Of a stretch of DNA of 64,000 bases, positions 52,501 to 61,500 are shown piece after piece. The first letter of the stretch is position 1. Each line of letters starts with the position of its first letter. This DNA comes from Phoronis australis (lineage: Eukaryota > Animalia > Phoronida). The notes below the pieces were generated by a model that worked only from the letters and a program-made list of their open reading frames with translations, was not told the DNA's origin and did no database searches. The DNA lies in NCBI GenBank assembly GCA_002633005.1, contig NMRA01000474.1, positions 1-64,000 on the forward strand, read 5' to 3'. The position numbers and the translations under genes are program-made.

Positions 52501-55500
52501 AGGTTACTCGCCCGCCACCTGGTGATGATACCAGTGTTTTTAATCCATTGGCACAAGGGAGACAACTCAGCAAGGCGTTGCGCTCGAAGGTGGATGTTGC
52601 TCAGACAGCCGTGTTTGAAATGCTTCACCAGAACGAGATGGGCGATGTAGACTGCATTGACGTGACCCCCGAGAGAGTGACCGGTGTTAAGGTGGACATG
52701 CTGACCGCGTGTGATCTGGCTGACCAGCTGGTAGAGCTGATGCAAGGTGAGAATGTTCACTTGATACTCGAATACCTGTTGGGTAGTCGTGAAGATACGC
52801 ATTAAGGAAAATAGGACTTTCGGTTGACTTTTAGCTCTGGCAAGTAATGTTAGGCTGTGATCATGTGCTTCGCGTTTTGTTCTTGACTTTTACGGTCTCA
52901 CTTTTTGCGCGAATCTTACTCTAATGCAGCCCTGTTCAAGCTTTAAGAATTATTAACATTTACTGTTCTGTAATATTAGGTTAACCTTTAGCCATGATTG
53001 AAAAATAGGATTTTTGCGTTTTTCTCACGGCTTCCTTCCATTCTGTGAACCATTTTGTAAACCTTTTACCCTTTTTCTTCCTACTACTAAAAGTGCTTAT
53101 TTAGCTGTTTTGGTTTTCCTCGTGGGTCCTGTCACTTTACATTAGACATAAGTGCATTGTACACCAATAAGATGTAATACTTGTTCGACTTTGACATTGT
53201 TTAGCTGCTTTTTAATATCTGAATGATAGTGTGTGCTCCTGTTCATATAACGATAGGGGTAAATGCCCTTGGGTTCTCATCAGAGAATATTACACTACTT
53301 GTCAGAAGGTCTTATTGAACTGTTACACATTGTAGTATATAAAACGGTCTCTTACTTAGAGACGTGGTTGGTTGTTAGCAGACGTTTCGATCTGGTCTGC
53401 CAGGTCTTTGTCGATGAATGAGGGATTTCCCGCCTTTTGCTCGTTAAGAATGCTGGAGTACACGGGGCGTAAGTGGAGTCCTCTGTCCTGGTTCAAGAGG
53501 GGGTGCTGACTGTTGATGTTTGTGACCTCTTTGAGCTTACGAGTATGCCAATTTTGTTCCTTGGCTAGGATCCTGGATGACGCAAGAGAGATGGTATGCC
53601 CAGTCACCAAAATATGTTCCCCCATGGCTGTTGGTCTGTCTAGTTTCACATTGTTCTCATGTCTGAGGACATGCTTTCAGATATCAGGGTTCAGTTAACT
53701 TCACGTCTTTGTCGATTTTTCAACTAAGTTACTGAGGAACTGAATGTGTGACCATAATGAATGATTAGATTTTACCCGGCTAGTTTCATATGTGGTCAGG
53801 TTACCAACAGAAGCTGTGATATTTCGAGTCCCGTGTCTCGCTTGTTGAGCGTGTAGTGTTCCATTTCCTTTCAGCTTCACCCGCTGTAAGTGGATCGATG
53901 GCGGGCTCAGACACCGGCGCCCCCTTGGCTAGCTCCCGTGACAGACCCCAAGTCAGGTAAGTAAAATGGCCGTCAGTATGGTTGTCAAGTGGATTGTATC
54001 ATTGTCTGCCTGCGAATGGTTCGGTTTATTCGTTGAAATGAGGAATTTATTACAATACTGAGATTCATTGGGTAGTCTGAAATAGTGTGGAAATGAGGCT
54101 GCGCGTGGAGTAGAGTATTTTGCAGAAGTAAATTTATGCTGCACGATATACTTGACAGGATTCTGATTAATGTTCAATTTCTACTCTATATACTTGTTTG
54201 TAACTGCGTGGTAGTTATACCGTGTAGCCAATAGATAACCTTTGTTTGGAAATTTTTCGTTTATGATGAAGTGCAAAAATATGCTGAATTTCCAGTGCCT
54301 ATGAATTACGTTAGAACAGTGCAATTGGGGCTCTTGGGTTATCAGTACAGGTGTCAAACCACCACCAGGTGTCGCCCCTGTTTTATCTCCTGTGGAGCAC
54401 ACAGGTGATAAATAGTCGATAACTCTCAACAATGAGATTACGGCTTATCTGTTCTGGTCACTGTCATTGCATAAAATGTAGTACTGTTCCTGTGTGTACA
54501 AGTTGCTGTTTGTCTGGAGTCTATGGTGAGTTTTTCTTTTAAAACTGCATTTCTCTTTTCTCTATGAATTGATAGATTGCTTGAAAATGTCAAAACTATG
54601 CCTGCAGATTGGAATCAAAATTTTGCCTTTGTATAACTTTCCGCTGTTATGAATTGTACCCATAGCAGTTAGAAGTAGTTCAAAAATCACAGTACCTTCT
54701 CTCGGGCGACTTGACGCCGTTAGTTCCTGAGTATCTGTTGCCTTTGGTTTCAAACCTCATAATATTCAAATAATTAACCCAAGCATTTCCTTGGCAAAAG
54801 TCATATTTTGGTGTTTGGTTGATCATTAATTCATGCTATTACATAGTGTTCGTTCCATAATGTGTCTTTGCAGCATTAGGACACCAAATCCAAAATTGAC
54901 GCTCGGTTTTATGCAGTGTTTAGGCCACTTCAAAATCCTCTGCTTGAATTAATTAGAAATTACGAGATTATGAGACTTGGTCCGTTTTCTAAAAATTGCG
55001 TTTTTTATCAAAGAAGAAATTCTGGAATGTATATTAATTAAGGAAGAGAATTAGTTGGCTTATCTGTGATTGGTTTTCCTTTGGGCAGTTAATATTTACA
55101 GTTTATGCTGTTTTGTTGTGTAGGGAAATCATTCCCAGGTGTGTGTGTGTGTGTGTGCGTGCGTACGTGCGTGTGTGCTGTGGAAGGTGGCATCGTATAT
55201 GTGTGGTGGGACGGGTTCTTGCCCATTAGCGCAATTCGCTATTCATAGTCTGACGTCCATTGTGAGGTTTGCTTGAAGCTATTTGTTGGATAGTCTTTGA
55301 TAGGCAAATATCCATGCAGGTTCACTGTAGACCTCTTGGTTTGAGGGGGGTCTTTTATCATAGTTTGTGAAGTGTGGCTGTACCGTTAGTATCAGTTCAA
55401 TATATGACTGAACTGCTGTCGCTGGTCTTATTATACATTTGTGAAACTCAAACCCATGACATATGCGTGATAGGTGACACAGTTTGGAGTGACGTTGATC

Positions 55501-58500
55501 TTGTTTCAGCCATTATTTTCCAACAAAGTTTGATGTTTTTTTTCAGTGTTGGTTGTTCAGCGCCTGATTTAGTGGACAGTGGTCAGGTGAGTAGTGTCAT
55601 TGTATTCAGGTGACCTTTGCATAGGTCAGGACAACTACGAAATTTAACTCCCATGTATGATCTCTCATTCAGAATGCTTTCCTACCGTAAATGTCTCCGA
55701 ATTCCACTGTATACTTTGCAGTGATGCGGCCGTAGTGTGTTTAGGTGATCTGTTTTTTGGAATACACTGCAAGTCTTGGTTTGTTTTGCACATAGTACTG
55801 AGGGGTATAGCACTTTGGAATTGTTGATATTACAGTAAAATATCGCCAATTTGGGATGAAAATAATTGTCAACATTGGTCTTTAATTACTTTTCAAAGGC
55901 TTAGTAACACTGACAGTCGTATAAATCCTCACAATTTCTCAGTTTCAGTGTCTTATTATAGCTATAGTGTAGATCTTTAAAACTGTGAAAGCAGTTATTT
56001 GGTACTAATTATCTTTTATGAAAAAATTGAAAAATTCAAATTTCACTTGTCGGCCATATTGTGTCCTTAATTGGTGAGAGTTTGTCATAGTTACTTCATT
56101 GTCCTTATGTGATTGATATTACAACACTGCTGTAGTTATGTCAGACTAAGTGATCATTCGCTCATTACCTGGTTACAGCAATTCCCAGGCATGACTCAGG
56201 AGCCGCGCCAGCACCACCAAGGGCAGGGACGCGAGGACGGAGATGAGGACTCTTCCGACTCACTGCAAGACGACCGTCGCACGCGGCCAAACTACCCACC
56301 CCACCGGTCCGTGGAGGGTAGTCTGGACTACCTGTCTGAAAGCAGCACCACTTCTAGTCCTGCGACGCAGCCTCGGGCCAGTCACGCCTCGAGCCTGTTT
56401 GGATCCCGCGATGACGTGCTTGCCAGGCAAGAAGCTGGGGCTGAAAGTCCACCTAGTGGCGACCGCAAACGCAGTCGCAAGAAAGCGTTCCCGCGACGAC
56501 CAGCACCTGCTGCCAGCGCCTCGACATCAGAGAATGATGACCTGCCTCGTCATCGTACCAGGCCGAAGGTCATAGGTCATCGTCATGGTGATGACTTGAG
56601 TGACAGCACGGAAAATTCCAGTCGAAGTTCACACATTCCAGCTAGGGTCGCCAATGCTGCATCTGTGCCACAGTATGGCCAGGATTCCATGACTTCCGTG
56701 AGGTCTGGTCACGACAGGCCGACCCTTGAAAGGCAGGGTGAGGATGACCGTCAGTCATTGAGGTCAGGAACGTCGTACACACGTAGTCAAGAATCTGGAT
56801 CTCCGAGGTCAAGCAGAGGTCGTCCATCAACTTCGTCACAGAGGGCACCCACTTTGGGCTCTCAGAACGATCGAATTGGTCAGAGGGACCCCTGGCGGGA
56901 GATTGGCAAACTGAAGATGCGGCTGCAGAATGCGGAAGATATGAACCGTACACTTGGGGAGGAACTTCGATTGTATGAGAACGTCAACAAGTCAACCATT
57001 GGCATACAGAGCTCCCCTGTATTAGGTACGCCATGTTCTTTTTCTGCTCTCCGTATATATATGGGAAAGGTATTGTTCAAAGTTACTTATAAACTCTTGC
57101 ATTTTAACATTTGACTGTGTGTTGTTTATTTCTTACTTCGTCTTCTTCACAGTAAAAGCTAAAAGAAATTTTGTTTGTTAAGTTCTCAACTCAGTGTGTT
57201 GTTAAACTGACATGTGTAATTTTGAACTCCGATGTGCAAGATTGCAAAATTTATCTTAATTTGTTGCTTTACAATCTGTAAAGTAAAAATTGCATTTGCT
57301 GTGAGTTGGACATATAACCCATGTTGTTTAATTTGTGTCTTGTCATTTCTTATCAGGCATGTACATCATTAACAGTTAAAACTAAAATTTGCAATTACTC
57401 GTCATTTGATTTTATGTTACTTTGATTTATATCTAATGCACACTGTTGGCATGCCAGTTAACCCTGCCTTCCTCACTGACTGTCAATCACAGGTTCCCAT
57501 GGCAGCCAGACAAGTGGCTCCGCCTCCCAGACAGTGTGGGAGTCCCACCTGGAGGAAATCCGACGCCTACGCGAACGACTCGAGGAGTCGATTGCGGTCA
57601 ACGATCGACTCCGCGAGCAACTCGAGCAGAGATTGTCCCAGTCAGATAGTGAGTGCTCTTGTCATCCTGGTTACTCTCAAAATTCTTCGGTTTAGGTGTC
57701 AATTTGGCTGTCACTAAACAATATTTGGTACATTTTTTAGCATTTGCAGCGACGGAGTAAGCCTTTGAACGTTTGAAAATTACTTCTGTCCTGAATTAAA
57801 TGCTCTTGACTGAAGGCAAACTGTTCTTTTGTTATATTTTAGTAGTTTTACCATTGGGGCTACTTAATTTCATTAAGTCTTGTGTCCTGTTTTTACAAGT
57901 GACTCATCTGTCGTAACGTCCGTTTTGCATGCCTGCATGTTCGTCGTTCCTGATTTTGTTAAAAGTTTGACATGTACGTCATACAAGTACTCAGACTTCT
58001 GAAAAGTCTTTGCAGTCAGTTACACTCTTATGCTATGTTTAGCAGACATTCTGTGTCTGTATTTTGAGAAAGACGCAACATCATGGTAGAAAAGTTGGAA
58101 CTTCATTTTTGCAAATTTTCTCACCAAATGCATTAAAACTAATAACTCATTTACGTACTGGATTTTTACGTCACCTCTCGTCATGCACAGCTGCACTTCT
58201 ATAAATTTTCATCATTTACATGTAAACCAAGCGACTAAAATATGGTAATAGAGCTATATTTGAAATCCCATTTCACTTCATTCTTGTTATTCCATTTAGA
58301 TACAGCCCTGTTAACAGAATGCCAGGATCTTCAACGACAGCTGTACGAGGCTCACGAGAAACTTGCCGCTGCTGAGTACCAGCTTCGCGAAGATGCCCAG
58401 CAGCACCAGGATGCTGAGCAACGGCTCAGAAGGGCAGAGTTGGAATGTAAGGATTCTGACAAGAAACGACGTGATGCGGAACTCCGTCTGAAGCAGGCAT

Positions 58501-61500
58501 TGCGTAGGCTGTCAGATGAGAGGCAGCGTGCCGACCAGATCGGCGGTGCGGAACATGACGGTGACGACGTACGAGATGGCAGTTTTCAAGATGGCGGAGG
58601 GTTGTTTACCAGACAGCTGGAGAAACTGAATGACGAGCTGCGTGCACAGCTGACTCGGTACACAGACACAATGCAGCTGAATGAGGCATTGCAGGACGAT
58701 AATGACAGTCTGAGGAACGACTTGACACGTCGTGACCACGCCCTTGCAGAGGCGGAGCGTGTCGCCGAGGAGTTGAGGCGGGGCTTGAGGGAGAAGGATG
58801 GTGAGTGCCAGGGGAGGTCTGACGGAGACGGTGGTGTGTGAAAGGAGGGGTTTAAGAGAGGGGACGTGAGTGACTAGCATGGGTGGGTGGAAGTAGGGAG
58901 TGAAGGTCAGGGCCTGAGGGAGAAGGATAGGGGAGAAAGGGTCTATGTGAAGGTCAGGGCCTGAGGGAGAAGTATAGTGGAGAAAGGGTGTGTGTGAAGG
59001 GCGGGGCTTTAGGGAGAAGTGTGAGTGAAGCGTGTGGCATGTAGGAAGACAAAGGGTGTGAATGGTGGTGATTGGTGGAAGAGAATGAAAGACTGGCGCG
59101 AGGTTTGCCCTAAGTGATGAGTCACAAATCGTTGGTTTAATTCGAGCTTAATAAAGACTAACAACAATTTCTTTCGCTTGTGATGTCTTCCAGTCCAAAC
59201 ACGTGCAAGTGGTCGATAGATTAAGGTTTCACATAAATCCAGCCATGATACAGGGTTCAATTGAACCTCAACGTCTTTTTCAGTCAGATAAGTTCGTTGT
59301 TATGAGTCGGACGGCTACTGTTCTTATTTAACCACATTTTTGTGTGCAGGGAAGCTGAATGAAATGAATGATGTGATACTGCAAGCCAAACACCAGATGG
59401 AGTCACTAGATGCCGACAACCAGCGACTGAAAACGGAGGTGACAGAGTGTCGGCAGCGAGAGAGAGGTCAAGAGAACCGAGTATATGAGCTGGAGAAGGC
59501 CGCAGCGCAGAAGGTAAATAAACAAGATTTTTTTATTTTCTTGATTGACGGATCAGAGCTGTCAGTCTTCCTAGCTCATGGTTTGCATCAACATTCTCAT
59601 TATCAGCGTCCTTTTCTCTGGAAGAAGATTGGGATCGCTGTCAGTTGCATGCCCCAAAGTTTTTGGTTTGAACTGTCAATATAATATTGGGGTCACAAGT
59701 TAAATATTCAAAATGCCTGTTTTATACTATGATTGCTTGTCTCTCATGCTGCTACATTTATTGTAGACATTTGCTGTTGCGCTGTAAGTGATGGTGTCTT
59801 GCGCTCTGCGTCATATTGTCGGGTTCACTTGTTGCAGAACACCATCAACAACGATCTTAAAGCACAGATGGAACACGACAGGAAACAGCTGATGGAACGA
59901 GAGAACAAACTGTGGGACCTGGAGAGAGAGTTGAGCAGAAAGAGGTCGGAGGTCGCCAACAGGCAGGCCAAGATAGAACGACTTGAGTCGGAGCTCGACG
60001 ATAAACAGGCAGAGTTAAGCAAACTTGAGTTGCAGCTCAGCAGCAGCCAGACATCATTGGGTAAAGTTGAGTCGCAGCTCAGGAACCAGCAGGTTGTCGT
60101 GGCCCGGCTTGAGTCAGAGCTCAGACATCAGCAGGTTGGTCAACCTTTGTTGTGTTGAAGCTGCTGTTGATGAACCTTCTGTTGGAAGAGTTTTGGTTTT
60201 GATGTATACCACTTTCCACCTCAGACTCTTCTCAACTTTTTCCTTACTTGGATGGTAGTAATTTCTAGGCTTGTAAAGAAATGACAGTGTGTTGTTGCTC
60301 AAGACGCTGCTACGCACACAAAGTGCCTTGCCTTGCTGTGACAAGCCTTGTTGTTGAGGCTGGTAGCAAACTGTCAGTTCTGTCCTAACTTATAAATGAC
60401 CTCTCATCCGAGTGAGATCACTTTTATGACAATCAGTAATTTAAATTGAAAGTTTTTTTTATTGGGAAGACTGGTTTATCGTAGCTTTAAATAAAATGTT
60501 ACCTTTCTTGTGATATCATTTTTGAGATCCATTTTAATAACATCTATAAAAGAGGATAGAATTTTTTCAGTGAAAACTGATTTTGTCACTTTCTTTCACT
60601 ACTGCTTATCTGGTCCATCTTATGAAGTCTAACTGTAACAGACGCAATTGGTGAGTCTGTGTCGCTTTTTCTTACCAAAAAATTGATACGAGATCCTCAC
60701 TATGTGTGTGCTTCCCTATTCAATCGTCTGTCCATATTACTTGCGGGTACAGTCACTGCACTGTTTCAGTGTTTTGCTAGTGAAGCCATTACTATGTCAT
60801 GCTTAATGATAATTCAATAGGCTGAGGTTGGGCGACTGGAGGCAGAGCTTTCGAGGAGCCGCGCTGCTCTGGAGAGGGGCGACCGGCAGTTGAGAGAGAG
60901 TCAAGATGTCGCCGGGATGGATTACGAAAGGAAGTACAAAGAGTTGGAGCGGGTCAATGCATCCTTGAATGAAGAGGTCAAGATAGCACGGATGAGAAAC
61001 AAGAGGTGAGGTCAAAGGTCATTTATGATGTGCCTATGTGTGCTGATTTGAATTTTACAATTTTTGGCCAAGGCATTAAAATAGGGGATCGTTGTGTTTG
61101 CCATGGAGGCTCAGGCAGGTATCTTCTGGTCTCAGAGTCTTACACCCGAATTCAAATTCAAACTCCAGCACAGTTTTGGTTGGCCTATTTCGAAAATTTC
61201 CTGTAAGAAGGTCAGTGGAGTGTAATGTTGAGTGGCACATGGGGAGCTTGTAACAGTCAATCTGAAGTGTCAGATGTAGTTTTTTAAATTTGTTGTTCAT
61301 CTTGACAGACTTGAGGAGGAGCTGCGGTTGGTCAGGGACAACTTGGAGGAAAAGACTGAGCTGAACAAGACCCTACAGGTGGAGCTGAGTGTCTTTGAAC
61401 AGATGGCGCCCCCTGCTGGTGAGTTGTTACAATTCAAGTTGTTGTCAAGGTTGGAACGATTGTACACACTGTGAAATCAAATTTGACAAATTGTGTCCAG

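Noticed and set aside
49993-52802. Long minus-strand ORFs overlapping exons 23-24 (and similar ones at other exons)
   Set aside because: Antisense shadows of GC-richer coding exons with no independent signals
56041-56070. ATATTGTGTCC(TTAA) motif recurring at about 28950, 31237, 33992 and 56056 (inverted at 23837), resembling a Kolobok-like terminus
   Set aside because: I could not pair left and right ends for any copy, so no element boundaries are supportable
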